Origin: a virus
Length of the DNA stretch: 64,000 nucleotides
IMG/VR virus record: IMGVR_UViG_3300035156_000138
Location: 1-64,000 of that record
Strand: one strand, 5' to 3'
This document shows positions 17,099 to 26,077 of the stretch, piece after piece. How positions within the stretch are numbered: the first letter of the stretch is position 1; every line of letters begins with the position of its first letter. Under the pieces are notes generated by a model. That model made no database searches, was not told the origin of the DNA, and saw only the letters and a list, made by a program, of their open reading frames with translations. The position numbers and the translations under genes were made by a program.

Positions 17099-18307
17099 CT
17101 ATTCCTTGTCGAACGTGTTGTAATGAACGACCTTACCGAATGGTGCTGTCCAACCTGGATTGTCATGGATCATCCACAGCACGTTGACACCTTTGACTTC
17201 GGCACGATCATGTCTGAAGCCACCATCACTGAAGACCATGGCTACCTTGGGTTTGGTCTTTTCGATGTGGTCCAGTACGTCAGTAATGTTGGTACCACCG
17301 CGGCCATGGAATTCCACATTGGCCAGGTCCATAACGTTCTTGACTGTCGTGATCGACTGGATGCAGGTATCGAACTGGCCAAGCTCAATTTTCTTGGGCA
17401 TCATCATCTTCAAGATGCCATGCAGCTCAGAGATGAAGCGAAGAAAGTCAGCATCGGTTTCTGATCCGGAGATATCAACCCAGGCTTGGAAGTCGACCAT
17501 GGCGCCTTCACTCCACAACGATGGTAGGTAATACTGTGGGAAGAAACGACGGTTGGGCTTTTTAAAGCTGTAGTCGTACTTGCCGAGTTCCTTTAGCCAT
17601 TTGCGAAGGATCTGCTGCCATGGTAATTTTGGATTGAGCAGCTTATCGAGATAGAGTTCAATCTCACCAGGGATGCTGCCAGGTGAGTCACCTTGCATGC
17701 GTGACTCAACTTGTGCACGGATGAGGATGTCATCCAACGCACGCTTGACATCAGCTTTAGACATCTGGTTACCATCAGCACCAGCTTCATCACCAGGATC
17801 ACGAATGTCTTCCATATCGCCAAGAGCTGGTGGTGGTAAACCTTGATCTTGTTCATCCATGAGAGTCTTGTAGACCTGTTCAGTAGCCAGGCCAATGAAG
17901 CGATCATCAGCTAAGCCGATCGGTGGCATGGTGAACCCTTGAGCTTTCAGCATCAAGTTGATGACATGATCGGCAGCCGCATTCCACATGCGATGGTCAC
18001 GCGTACCTTTGCGGAAAGGATCAATGTGCATATAGGCTGGATGGCAGCACTCATGTACAAGCACAAATACACGCTCCTCCGGAGTAAGCCAAAGAAAGAA
18101 ATGAGGAGAGAATCCCAAACGCAGACCAGTGGTCCATGCAGTCTGGCAGCTCTCATCCCACATGAATTTCATGCTGAACAGGATCGTTGTGAAGAACGTG
18201 CTGTTCGCGTTGACCATCAGCGCTACTTTCGCCTTGTCGAGTAGCTTGTTAAGTGCTGGATAATCGATCGGCGTTGAGCGGTTGATTGATTCATAAGGGG
18301 ATCGCAT
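17099..18307 (-). CDS. vWA-domain protein with N-terminal HExxH metallopeptidase-like domain (partner of the MoxR-like ATPase)
   Basis: 402 aa. VLVHECCHPAYMH (HExxH) in the N-terminal half. MIDAS-like VDISGSETD in the C-terminal half. Confidence 0.8.
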   Translation of the reverse strand: MRSPYESINRSTPIDYPALNKLLDKAKVALMVNANSTFFTTILFSMKFMWDESCQTAWTTGLRLGFSPHFFLWLTPEERVFVLVHECCHPAYMHIDPFRKGTRDHRMWNAAADHVINLMLKAQGFTMPPIGLADDRFIGLATEQVYKTLMDEQDQGLPPPALGDMEDIRDPGDEAGADGNQMSKADVKRALDDILIRAQVESRMQGDSPGSIPGEIELYLDKLLNPKLPWQQILRKWLKELGKYDYSFKKPNRRFFPQYYLPSLWSEGAMVDFQAWVDISGSETDADFLRFISELHGILKMMMPKKIELGQFDTCIQSITTVKNVMDLANVEFHGRGGTNITDVLDHIEKTKPKVAMVFSDGGFRHDRAEVKGVNVLWMIHDNPGWTAPFGKVVHYNTFDKE

Positions 18308-18363
18308 AATTTCCTCTGGGTTAGTGGATGTAAATTCAGGGTCACCGAGCGCGGTGACGCGCC

Positions 18364-18666
18364 TTAATACCCTGGAAGATGTTGACCTGGAAGCATGGCT
18401 TCAACGAGGGGAACGCGCAGGTCCATATCATCGTCAAAATCACGGTCATTCTCAGCAAGATATTCAGCCAAACGCTCAGCACGAGCTGCGTGATAGTCAG
18501 CTGTGAGCTTGTGTGTCTTCATTCGGAGATCGGCATATTCTGCCATGGAAATACACTGCAAGTGAGCCAGTTCTGCATCTTTCAATTCAGCCTTGGCCAT
18601 CTGAATTGGTGTGGCTTGAAAGCGCTGCAGAAATCGCTGAAACCAGGAAAGGGATTGTCCGTACAT
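18364..18666 (-). CDS. Hypothetical protein
   Basis: 100 aa with TGGAG SD. Confidence 0.55.
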   Translation of the reverse strand: MYGQSLSWFQRFLQRFQATPIQMAKAELKDAELAHLQCISMAEYADLRMKTHKLTADYHAARAERLAEYLAENDRDFDDDMDLRVPLVEAMLPGQHLPGY

Positions 18667-18683
18667 TGTGATACTCCATAAAT

Positions 18684-18705
18684 GGAAAAGGCCGCATCAG
18701 CGGCC
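18684..18705 (-). terminator. Rho-independent terminator (- strand) closing the HNH cassette
   Basis: On the - strand: GGCCGC TGAT GCGGCC followed by TTTTCCATTT. Stems at 18690-18695 / 18700-18705. Confidence 0.7.
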
Positions 18706-18726
18706 AGTTTGGGGGTTAGTGGGCGC

Positions 18727-19011
18727 TTACTTATTCTTTGGATGCAAACTGTCCTGGAACATGTTGTGCAAATCCAAAGCCTTCTTTGTGGGATTAAGTT
18801 GGGTGGCTTCACGCATTGCGACTTGGTGCTCGTGCCAGCTCATGCCCAGGATCTGTTCGATCTTGTTGAGTGCACGATTCATGGCTACACCGCCGTGCTT
18901 ACGTGCGTCGAGGTCCAGATAGTAGCTGGTGATAACGGCTTTGATGCCTACCAGGATGCGTGCGTTTTCATCAGGTGATTTGCGACGCTCGGGGATGTTG
19001 TCAGTGCTCAT
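18727..19011 (-). CDS. Hypothetical protein
   Basis: 94 aa. Start overlaps the HNH gene stop. Confidence 0.55.
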   Translation of the reverse strand: MSTDNIPERRKSPDENARILVGIKAVITSYYLDLDARKHGGVAMNRALNKIEQILGMSWHEHQVAMREATQLNPTKKALDLHNMFQDSLHPKNK

Positions 19012-19385
19012 GCTGTAATTTCCTCAAGAGTGAATGGATGGAGGTCACGACCAAATAATTTAGCCTTACCTCGCAGTGTATTTTCGCTATGCGTTACTGG
19101 CTCAAGATGAGCCGGATTGATGCAGCAACGTGTGCGGCAAAGGTGATCAAGAAGATGGTCTTCCGGAATAGGGCCAATACAGGCTTCATAACACAGCCGA
19201 TGGGCCATCTTCTCGCTGCCCTCGTAATGCATACGGCCGTAGCCGTTGCGATTGGTACGAGCAACCCACACCCAGCACTCTCCCAACGGTGCAATTACGA
19301 GAACAGGGGTGATACGATCGAGCAGCTTTTCGATGACCCCTTCTACGTGCTTAACGCCGAGAGAGAGTGGATGAGTGTGGTTCAT
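19008..19385 (-). CDS. HNH homing endonuclease
   Basis: 125 aa. CWVW..RTNRNGYGRM...AHRL...H.CRTRCCINP.HLE..TH.EN is the HNH (NGYG/HNH_3-type) signature. Confidence 0.85.
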   Translation of the reverse strand: MNHTHPLSLGVKHVEGVIEKLLDRITPVLVIAPLGECWVWVARTNRNGYGRMHYEGSEKMAHRLCYEACIGPIPEDHLLDHLCRTRCCINPAHLEPVTHSENTLRGKAKLFGRDLHPFTLEEITA

Positions 19386-19392
19386 GGTGATC

Positions 19393-19758
19393 CTATTTGT
19401 TGATGATGATTGTGACGTGGATGATCTTGGAGATCATGTAGCCAATGCCGGCAATCTTATGATGATAGTCGGTGCCCATCATATAGCGCATATGAGCCAT
19501 GGTGACCCGAGCTAATGATGTGCCGTCGTTGACGAAGCCAGGAAGGAAATCAATCTGCGCATGCTCCGGCTTATCACCGACGTACATGGCTTCAACGATC
19601 CTGGTGTACACGTTACCCTTCAAGAAAGCCTTGGGAATTTCGTCCAACGGAGGAAGTAAACGATCTGTTCCACGGATGAATTCTTCATTGGTAATCGAAG
19701 CGATATCCTCCTGTGTGATCGACCAGGGCTTCTTTTCTTTTGGTTTTTTCTTGGACAT
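19393..19758 (-). CDS. Hypothetical protein
   Basis: 121 aa. Start overlaps the AAA gene stop (TAATG). Confidence 0.55.
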   Translation of the reverse strand: MSKKKPKEKKPWSITQEDIASITNEEFIRGTDRLLPPLDEIPKAFLKGNVYTRIVEAMYVGDKPEHAQIDFLPGFVNDGTSLARVTMAHMRYMMGTDYHHKIAGIGYMISKIIHVTIIINK

Positions 19759-20870
19759 TAGAAAAGCTCCTCAGCGTGCATGGCTAGCCACTTCTGCATG
19801 TCTGCGTCGTTGACCATGGAGTTGTTACGGGCCAGTGTCATCCGTACACATACAACCTGGAATTCCAGAGGCATACGCTTAATGAACTGGAGCAGGCCAC
19901 CGATGTTAATGGCCGTAGCATGGTGAGCAATGCTCCCACACATGGCAAATAAGATAGAAGGCTCACCAGGTACACGAATAGCACCCGGAGCCATGAGTAT
20001 GTCGTGGATCGATGGTAGCTTGTCGAAGATGTCGCAGAACGTCAGGAATGGCCGTGCCACACCTTCGGTAATACAGCCGGCCAGTAACGACAGGGTATCT
20101 TCATCTTTCACGTCATACTTGCTGATGATGCGATTGGCGAATTCCCAGGTACGTGGCGAGCTATAGGTACGATCGCTGTGGTCTGGCTTGAACGAGTACA
20201 GTGCCGATGGTTGTGATTCCAGATAGCTCTGGATGCGATAGTCGATGCCTGCAGGACCAGCCCACTTGATCCATTCAGGTAGATCAACCATGAGTTCAAG
20301 GTGCATGATCCGGGACTGCAGTGCAGTACTCATCTGTTCAACGATGGCACCATCAGTTTCCAGGTTACCTGCACAGACCACAGCCACTTTTTCATGGAGA
20401 TGGTATTTACCGACCATGCGATCAAGAACGATCTTATACGCTGCAGCTTGTACTGCAACACTGGCTGAGTTGAACTCATCCAGGAACAGCAGCCAACCAG
20501 CATAGCGTTCAGGGCGCCCATCAGTGCCCAGAATCTCTTTGCCTTCTTTATCCAGCTTAACCGGATAGGAATCACCAGCAATGGGGAATGTCTCCATTGG
20601 TGTGTAGCCAGCACGGTTGATCGCAGCAATGATCTGTGGAAAGCCCAGCAAGTCAGTTGGATCGCACTGTGACAAGCGCAAGTCGATCAGCATCAGGTTG
20701 TAGTCCTTTGCGATCTGGTGCACGATGCCTGATTTACCAATGGCTGGTGAGCCATGGATCATAGGTACCAATTTACATGAAATAGCTTTGGTTACCATGC
20801 GTACAGCTTGACTGATTTTTACGCGCAAGCGTGGGTTTGCTCCAACATCGGGAGCGTAGTTCTTAGCCAT
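19758..20870 (-). CDS. AAA+ ATPase, MoxR-like
   Basis: 370 aa. Walker A GSPAIGKSG, Walker B WLLFLDEFNSA. A vWA partner gene is nearby. Confidence 0.85.
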   Translation of the reverse strand: MAKNYAPDVGANPRLRVKISQAVRMVTKAISCKLVPMIHGSPAIGKSGIVHQIAKDYNLMLIDLRLSQCDPTDLLGFPQIIAAINRAGYTPMETFPIAGDSYPVKLDKEGKEILGTDGRPERYAGWLLFLDEFNSASVAVQAAAYKIVLDRMVGKYHLHEKVAVVCAGNLETDGAIVEQMSTALQSRIMHLELMVDLPEWIKWAGPAGIDYRIQSYLESQPSALYSFKPDHSDRTYSSPRTWEFANRIISKYDVKDEDTLSLLAGCITEGVARPFLTFCDIFDKLPSIHDILMAPGAIRVPGEPSILFAMCGSIAHHATAINIGGLLQFIKRMPLEFQVVCVRMTLARNNSMVNDADMQKWLAMHAEELF

Positions 20871-20894
20871 GGGGAATTCTTTCTTGGATTGGTT

Positions 20895-21098
20895 TTAATT
20901 GCCACCAGCAGTGATGCTGATGTACTCTTCGCCAGGTTCAAGGTCGAATGGACCTTCATCACTGACTTCGTTGGATACGTGAGCCGATGAAAGCAAGCCA
21001 CAATCACCACTGGCGCTATGACGATAGAACACTTGCTTCTCGTGGTGGCCTTGAGCAACGAGCATGTTCAATTGTTTGATAAAGTCTTTCAGTTTCAT
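20895..21098 (-). CDS. Hypothetical protein
   Basis: 67 aa. SD context AAACCAAGGAAGAAATCATG. Confidence 0.55.
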   Translation of the reverse strand: MKLKDFIKQLNMLVAQGHHEKQVFYRHSASGDCGLLSSAHVSNEVSDEGPFDLEPGEEYISITAGGN

Positions 21099-21113
21099 GA
21101 TTTCTTCCTTGGT

Positions 21114-21329
21114 TTAGCAGTTAAGTAGATAGTGTTTATTACCAGGGTAGTCGGGGCAATCACAGCCGTTTGCCAACCCACACCGGAACGCCTTATCTTC
21201 AGACAATGCCCATTTTAAATTTGCACCAGCAGGATTTTCTTTGTTCATACGTTGAACTGCTTTATCCACTGGTAAAGACGTGCAGATGCTGGCACAAACC
21301 AATCCAATGGAGTAGGCTTCAAATTTCAT
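21114..21329 (-). CDS. Hypothetical Cys-rich protein
   Basis: 71 aa with 7 Cys, including CGLANGCDC. Confidence 0.5.
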   Translation of the reverse strand: MKFEAYSIGLVCASICTSLPVDKAVQRMNKENPAGANLKWALSEDKAFRCGLANGCDCPDYPGNKHYLLNC

Positions 21330-21495
21330 AGCTTTTCTTTCTGGATGTAGGTAAGACCAGGTTCAGCATTGCTTGTTGCTTCTTCTGTGTTTTAATAAGC
21401 CGCTTGAGTCGACTATTACGGGTTAATTTGACATCACGACGCATTAAATGCTGAATCGCGCTATTTACTTCATTGGGTAGTGTTGGAATACCCAT
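21319..21495 (-). CDS. Possible small basic protein (58 aa), not in the ORF track
   Basis: MGIPTLPNEVNSAIQHLMRRDVKLTRNSRLKRLIKTQKKQQAMLNLVLPTSRKKSYEI. It fills an otherwise empty 170-nt gap, but no SD was seen. Confidence 0.35.
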   Translation of the reverse strand: MGIPTLPNEVNSAIQHLMRRDVKLTRNSRLKRLIKTQKKQQAMLNLVLPTSRKKSYEI

Positions 21496-21500
21496 GATGC

Positions 21501-21647
21501 TTATTGAGCTTCATCCATCAGCTCAAGAAGAGCTTCATTGACACATTGATCGTATGTAGTCATTACGTCATTCTTACCCCAACCAGTTTTTGTGGCCAGC
21601 TTTGCCAAGAACTTGGCGCGGATCAGTGCAATCAGTTTTGTGTTCAT
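21501..21647 (-). CDS. Small protein (48 aa), not in the ORF track
   Basis: AAACCAAGGAAAAAATCATG context. Sequence MNTKLIALIRAKFLAKLATKTGWGKNDVMTTYDQCVNEALLELMDEAQ. Confidence 0.55.
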   Translation of the reverse strand: MNTKLIALIRAKFLAKLATKTGWGKNDVMTTYDQCVNEALLELMDEAQ

Positions 21648-21662
21648 GATTTTTTCCTTGGT

Positions 21663-21998
21663 TTAGCTTTTGCAGGAGTCGACCTGATAAAGCAGACTAT
21701 TGTGGTAGGTCATCAACAAAGCGTTGACGGCATTTGGTGTAGTGATAGGTAACTGGCTGACAGCCAGGTCCACTACAGACTGAAGGCTTTGCATGGTAGG
21801 AAAGAGTCCCATAACCGTGCTACGAAGTATCGGCTGTGCTTCTGGAGTTGTTGGTGCTACACATTCACCACTGATCAGAGCACGGATCATGTTCAGCTCT
21901 GAAAGCTTCACAGGTGTGTAATCACCCGAATTCATACTGGTGATCAAACTATCAAGCATGATCAATGCTACTGAGATTTGTTTTACGTTGATGTTCAT
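21663..21998 (-). CDS. Hypothetical protein
   Basis: 111 aa. Confidence 0.55.
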   Translation of the reverse strand: MNINVKQISVALIMLDSLITSMNSGDYTPVKLSELNMIRALISGECVAPTTPEAQPILRSTVMGLFPTMQSLQSVVDLAVSQLPITTPNAVNALLMTYHNSLLYQVDSCKS

Positions 21999-22029
21999 GT
22001 TAGTTGGTTCTTTACTAGGATTGAATAGG

Positions 22030-22257
22030 TTAGTGGATTACTTCAAGTGATCTGATCATCATCAGTGAGGTGTATTTGTACCTGTTCAAGATACGCATGA
22101 CCTTAGTAACACCTGCTTCTTCAAGCACTCGGCCGATCGTGCGAGGACTCACACACAGGAATCTAGCGAGCTCTTTGATAGACTTAGGACGATAGATCGA
22201 TGTATAAATGGTAACAACTGCCCGTTTTTGGGCGTCGTTTAGCTTACGGACGGGCAT
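22030..22257 (-). CDS. Small helix-turn-helix DNA-binding protein
   Basis: 75 aa. SIKELARFLCVSPRTIGRVLEE is an HTH pattern. AAGGAA SD. Confidence 0.65.
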   Translation of the reverse strand: MPVRKLNDAQKRAVVTIYTSIYRPKSIKELARFLCVSPRTIGRVLEEAGVTKVMRILNRYKYTSLMMIRSLEVIH

Positions 22258-22337
22258 GATGGTTCCTTGTTAGTTTACCGGTTGTATATAGTAGGAAAAT
22301 CGAATTTCCGACCACTTAGATTATCGGTTTAGAAGTT

Positions 22338-22640
22338 TTACTTGTTTCGGTTCACACTTCTCATACGACCCTTAAAAGACTGTCTTGGGGCTGCATAGTT
22401 CTTTTTTGATAATGGTTTGGGATGCCATGGATCACCTGGAGGTGCATCCACAAAACAAATTGGATCAGGTACACACAAAGCTAACGAAGCGGCAATCTGT
22501 TCAATGTGACTTTGTTTACCATAGCGACCCAAGAAGAAAAGATCTTTTTCCGCTCTTCGCCGAATAACTTGACCGTCCAACATCAAGATCAGCTCTTCCA
22601 CCTGGGGTTCCAGGGACTTCCATAATTCTTCAGGTGTCAT
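22338..22640 (-). CDS. Hypothetical protein
   Basis: 100 aa. First gene after the terminator at 22670-22704. Confidence 0.55.
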   Translation of the reverse strand: MTPEELWKSLEPQVEELILMLDGQVIRRRAEKDLFFLGRYGKQSHIEQIAASLALCVPDPICFVDAPPGDPWHPKPLSKKNYAAPRQSFKGRMRSVNRNK

Positions 22641-22669
22641 GACTGTCTTACTCCAATGGGGTTTTGCAT

Positions 22670-22704
22670 AAAAAAAGAGGTGAACCCCGTATGGGATCCA
22701 CCTC
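22670..22704 (-). terminator. Strong rho-independent terminator (- strand); candidate early/middle boundary
   Basis: On the - strand: GAGGTG..CCC ATACG GGG..CACCTC followed by TTTTTTT (A-run 22670-22676 on +). Confidence 0.8.
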
Positions 22705-22756
22705 AGCTAGCTCACAGACCGCACGGAGTGCGGCTCTTCCTACTGCAACCACTGCT

Positions 22757-23095
22757 TCACTGTGGCTCAGGCTGGTCATTGCGATCGAACTTCTTGATCA
22801 CTTCATTGATGTCACTGATCCAACGTGGTGGCCAGAAGCACTCATTTATCTCTGAGCTATTCATGACCATGTGAGTACCAGCATCAGTGAGCACTCTGTA
22901 GTACGGACGGCCGTAGTCCAGCGTACCAGCCTTGAGCCCGATGATATGGGCATTGCCCATACGGCGGCCATCCCTTGTGCAGAGCTGAGCACCTACATCC
23001 AGGATGCCAGGCTGTGCTGCTCGTACAGCCCAATGAGGGAGGATTTGCTCCCATTCTTTGACAAGTTTCACCATGTCATTTACTTCGTTTACCAT
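22757..23095 (-). CDS. Hypothetical protein
   Basis: 112 aa with AAGGGG SD. Confidence 0.6.
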   Translation of the reverse strand: MVNEVNDMVKLVKEWEQILPHWAVRAAQPGILDVGAQLCTRDGRRMGNAHIIGLKAGTLDYGRPYYRVLTDAGTHMVMNSSEINECFWPPRWISDINEVIKKFDRNDQPEPQ

Positions 23096-23117
23096 GTATT
23101 ACCCCTTACTTTTATAA

Positions 23118-24386
23118 TTAAGACAACGCGTAATTGCTGCCGCGGATCTTGGAACCCAGATCATTTGACAACTTCTTGAAGGTGCACGGCGTACCGTGGA
23201 TTTGAGACAGCAGGTCCGACAACAGATTACTTTCAGCCAGTTCGGCAAAGATGTTGATGTAGTGCTGACGCAGATGGTTCATGTGGTTTGCACCACATTT
23301 GAATTCATCGTGAACAGTTACAACTGGGAACGGCGAATGTACCAGCATGGTGAGGATAATGTCACGCAACTTTTCCAAATGAATCGTAGACAGTTGATTA
23401 ACATTTGCTGCTGTGATAAATGGCAGAATGACCACATCAGCCATACCACTACGGGTGAATTGCTCGACGTAGTAAGCCAATTTGGTACCCGTATCGAGTG
23501 GTTGCGTTGGCTTAACACCATTGCGAGCACCATCATGTAATGCACTGGCGATGCAGTCTAATGCACGCTCGACCATGCCATGATCGTAGTTGCACCGACG
23601 ATGCACACCACGCAGGATGTAGGCATCCACGCTGTGTACTACGTTAGCTACCAGTGACAGGCCATTCTTGCTGCCTTCGTTGACGTAGAACTCATAGGTA
23701 AACGTACTGTGATCGAGTTCATCTACCTCAATGCGTGCTTCCTCTTTCTTCATGACCTTGACTACAGCATCGAAGCCATCTGGGAGTTTCCAGCTATGCT
23801 TCAGTGCGAATGGCTGCCATGATGCGAGCAGATCCTGCAATAGCTCCCATGCACCCGGTGCTACACGTTGTGCTGCTACGTAGAAGGCATTGAGCTCGGG
23901 TGTATCTTCACCAAATATCTCCTTTGGCTTGGCTTTAGAGCCATAGAACGAGGTCATCAGAGCATCTTTAGCATCCTTACGGGATACAACCAGACCACCA
24001 CTGAGAGTGACAGAACCAGTTAGTTCTTCGTTCATGAAGACAGTACACAGAGTGTATGCATCAGCACGTACATTAGGATTGATGAAGCCAGTGTTCATGG
24101 CACCATCAACACATCCAGTGAGTGCTGACATTACTTGAATACCTGAACAGCAGGCATCCATACCAACCAGATGGCCAGTAGGCTCATGACGCAGTGCTTT
24201 ACGCACAGCCATGACAGCTTTGATATACAACGGCTTACAGTCAGCGTTATCAGCCAACAGTTCCAACTGATTCATGTTGGATTCAACCCATGAGATACGT
24301 TCTTCAAACAGCAGCTTATCAAGGCCAAAGTTATTGGCTACATCGATAAGAAGATACTGCCAACCGGTGAATTTGGTCATTGCCAT
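23118..24386 (-). CDS. Phage RNA polymerase II, large subunit (T7-like catalytic half; N4 gp16-like)
   Basis: 422 aa. Motif A GMDACCSGIQVMSA, motif B SRKDAKDALMTSFYGS, motif C VVTVHDEFKCG. Confidence 0.9.
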   Translation of the reverse strand: MAMTKFTGWQYLLIDVANNFGLDKLLFEERISWVESNMNQLELLADNADCKPLYIKAVMAVRKALRHEPTGHLVGMDACCSGIQVMSALTGCVDGAMNTGFINPNVRADAYTLCTVFMNEELTGSVTLSGGLVVSRKDAKDALMTSFYGSKAKPKEIFGEDTPELNAFYVAAQRVAPGAWELLQDLLASWQPFALKHSWKLPDGFDAVVKVMKKEEARIEVDELDHSTFTYEFYVNEGSKNGLSLVANVVHSVDAYILRGVHRRCNYDHGMVERALDCIASALHDGARNGVKPTQPLDTGTKLAYYVEQFTRSGMADVVILPFITAANVNQLSTIHLEKLRDIILTMLVHSPFPVVTVHDEFKCGANHMNHLRQHYINIFAELAESNLLSDLLSQIHGTPCTFKKLSNDLGSKIRGSNYALS

Positions 24387-24401
24387 GATAGTTTCCTTTA
24401 G

Positions 24402-24635
24402 TTATAGGTTAAGTACGAGTTGAAGCATGCGGAGTCGCTTTGGTACATCCACCAGTAGTACTGGAGTCATATCGCAGCGATACCAATCTACTTTGGGATT
24501 ATTACCTCTTGCTAGGACATAACCACCGTTATATACATCAGATTGAACTTGAGTATGTGGATATAAATCTTTATGTAGCTCTTTCCAAGTAGAGTACCGG
24601 CTATATTCCTGATTGCCATAGAATAGAATTAGCAT
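24402..24635 (-). CDS. Hypothetical protein between the two RNAP II subunit genes
   Basis: 77 aa with GAGGG SD. Overlaps the upstream gene by 7 nt. Confidence 0.5.
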   Translation of the reverse strand: MLILFYGNQEYSRYSTWKELHKDLYPHTQVQSDVYNGGYVLARGNNPKVDWYRCDMTPVLLVDVPKRLRMLQLVLNL

Positions 24636-25609
24636 GGCACACCCTCGATATACTCAGGATTAGCAAGCTCAATACTAGCTTTCTTGAATGCTGATCCCTG
24701 TGGATTTATGTGATAGCCTTGGCTGTATGCCCGGCCACGTTTGTCGACCTTATGGGTCATGTGGAACACATTACCTTGTGAAGCCATGAGATCATAGAAG
24801 CGATATGAATGTATCTTGAATTGCTTCCAGTTATTCAACTGAGTAACAATCTCAATCTTAGCCTGCCCTTCAGTCATACGAACACCACGTTTAGCTGCGG
24901 CTTTGATGACATTTTCCATTGTAATAGGCTCATTTGGTTCTTCCTCAACTGAGCATAGAAACTCAGTATCCAATGATAGTTCAACTGCATTCATTGTATT
25001 GAGTACATCCAAGCAGAGATCACCATCGTGATGATTACCTGAACCTAGAATGAGTGAATCATTATGAGTCAGATAACCTGAACAGAAGTTAGATGTTAAC
25101 TCTAGTGGTGGCACTACCATTGGTGGGAGAAACTGGGACTCATCAATGAATGTCACCAGCTTCTCAGACAGTGGAATACGACTCACAATATGCAGTGATG
25201 CCATCTTTGCTGGCTTGAGAATGTCGAATGCATCAGTATTACACAGCACAGCCATGAGCTCAGCAGTGGTGATGATAGCCTCAGTCTTATCCGAGAACCG
25301 AAGACGTGCAGCCATCTGTGCTGTAACACTGGTAAACAACTCAGGACGCTGGCTATATGCCACACCAACAAAGATATCAGTGACCAGTGCTTCGATGTCC
25401 ATGTTATATAGCTGCATAACACGAACATTCTTGGATTTGTAATACCGATCATTACGTGCTGCGAAGATGTATTGATCCACTAATAAGATGCCCTCTGCAA
25501 TCTTCTCCTGCATAACAGGATCAGATTGAATGGCTTCACGGATGTAGCCATCAATATGTTTGCGATTAAATCGCTTCTCGTTATGCTCTTGAATGATGAA
25601 ATGCGACAT
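24629..25609 (-). CDS. Phage RNA polymerase II, small subunit (T7-like N-terminal half; N4 gp15-like)
   Basis: 326 aa. HKVDKRGRAYSQGYHINPQGSAFKK matches the T/DxxGR motif region of T7-like RNAPs. AAGGAG SD. Confidence 0.85.
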   Translation of the reverse strand: MSHFIIQEHNEKRFNRKHIDGYIREAIQSDPVMQEKIAEGILLVDQYIFAARNDRYYKSKNVRVMQLYNMDIEALVTDIFVGVAYSQRPELFTSVTAQMAARLRFSDKTEAIITTAELMAVLCNTDAFDILKPAKMASLHIVSRIPLSEKLVTFIDESQFLPPMVVPPLELTSNFCSGYLTHNDSLILGSGNHHDGDLCLDVLNTMNAVELSLDTEFLCSVEEEPNEPITMENVIKAAAKRGVRMTEGQAKIEIVTQLNNWKQFKIHSYRFYDLMASQGNVFHMTHKVDKRGRAYSQGYHINPQGSAFKKASIELANPEYIEGVPC

Positions 25610-25634
25610 GACTATCTCCTTGGTTATTATTTAT

Positions 25635-26000
25635 TTAGCCCCAGCATTGATGATTGGGTAGATACTCAGCCCATGCTTCATCAAAATAACAGTTACTAGG
25701 TGCATCAGTAAACATTGGTGCAATCTGTTCATCGGTATAGCCCGCTAAGCCGCAACCAATACGAGTAACCATGAATTGAAGGTGAGGATGCGTGGTTGCA
25801 TACAGAATGAATTGATGGATATAACTTTCAATGTGGGTCAGTTCTAATGAACGGATGTTGAAATCCTTGGTAGGAATAGCATAGCTATTACCGTGATGAC
25901 CACGACCTTCACGCCATACTGCGCCTTCCTTATCCAATGCGTGTTTAGCTGCACCGGCACCATGAATACCTGCTAAGTTACTACCGAATACGAATATCAT
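25635..26000 (-). CDS. Conserved-looking early protein of unknown function (Rossmann-like motifs)
   Basis: The start was moved to 26000 (GAAGGAG SD) from the ORF-track start at 26360. Sequence MIFVFGSNLAGIHGAGAAKHA...NSYAIPTKD...RIGCGLAGY. Confidence 0.65.
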   Translation of the reverse strand: MIFVFGSNLAGIHGAGAAKHALDKEGAVWREGRGHHGNSYAIPTKDFNIRSLELTHIESYIHQFILYATTHPHLQFMVTRIGCGLAGYTDEQIAPMFTDAPSNCYFDEAWAEYLPNHQCWG

Positions 26001-26030
26001 GACTAACTCCTTCAATGAATAATAGGGAAC

Positions 26031-26051
26031 ATCACAGCATGTCCGGAGGAC
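26031..26051 (-). promoter_or_regulatory. Candidate vRNAP hairpin promoter (copy C)
   Basis: + strand (template) ATCACAGCA TGTCC GGA GGACA: 5-bp stem, GGA loop. It lies 41 nt upstream of the ATG at 26000 and shares its flank with copies A and B. Confidence 0.6.
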
Positions 26052-26077
26052 AGCATGTAACTCCACTGTCTGTGTGT

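Larger units (their letters stand above)
18684..19385 (-). mobile_element. Candidate free-standing HNH endonuclease cassette (HNH gene + 94-aa ORF + own terminator)
   Basis: It lies between the functionally paired MoxR-like (19758..20870) and vWA (17099..18307) genes. Confidence 0.4.
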
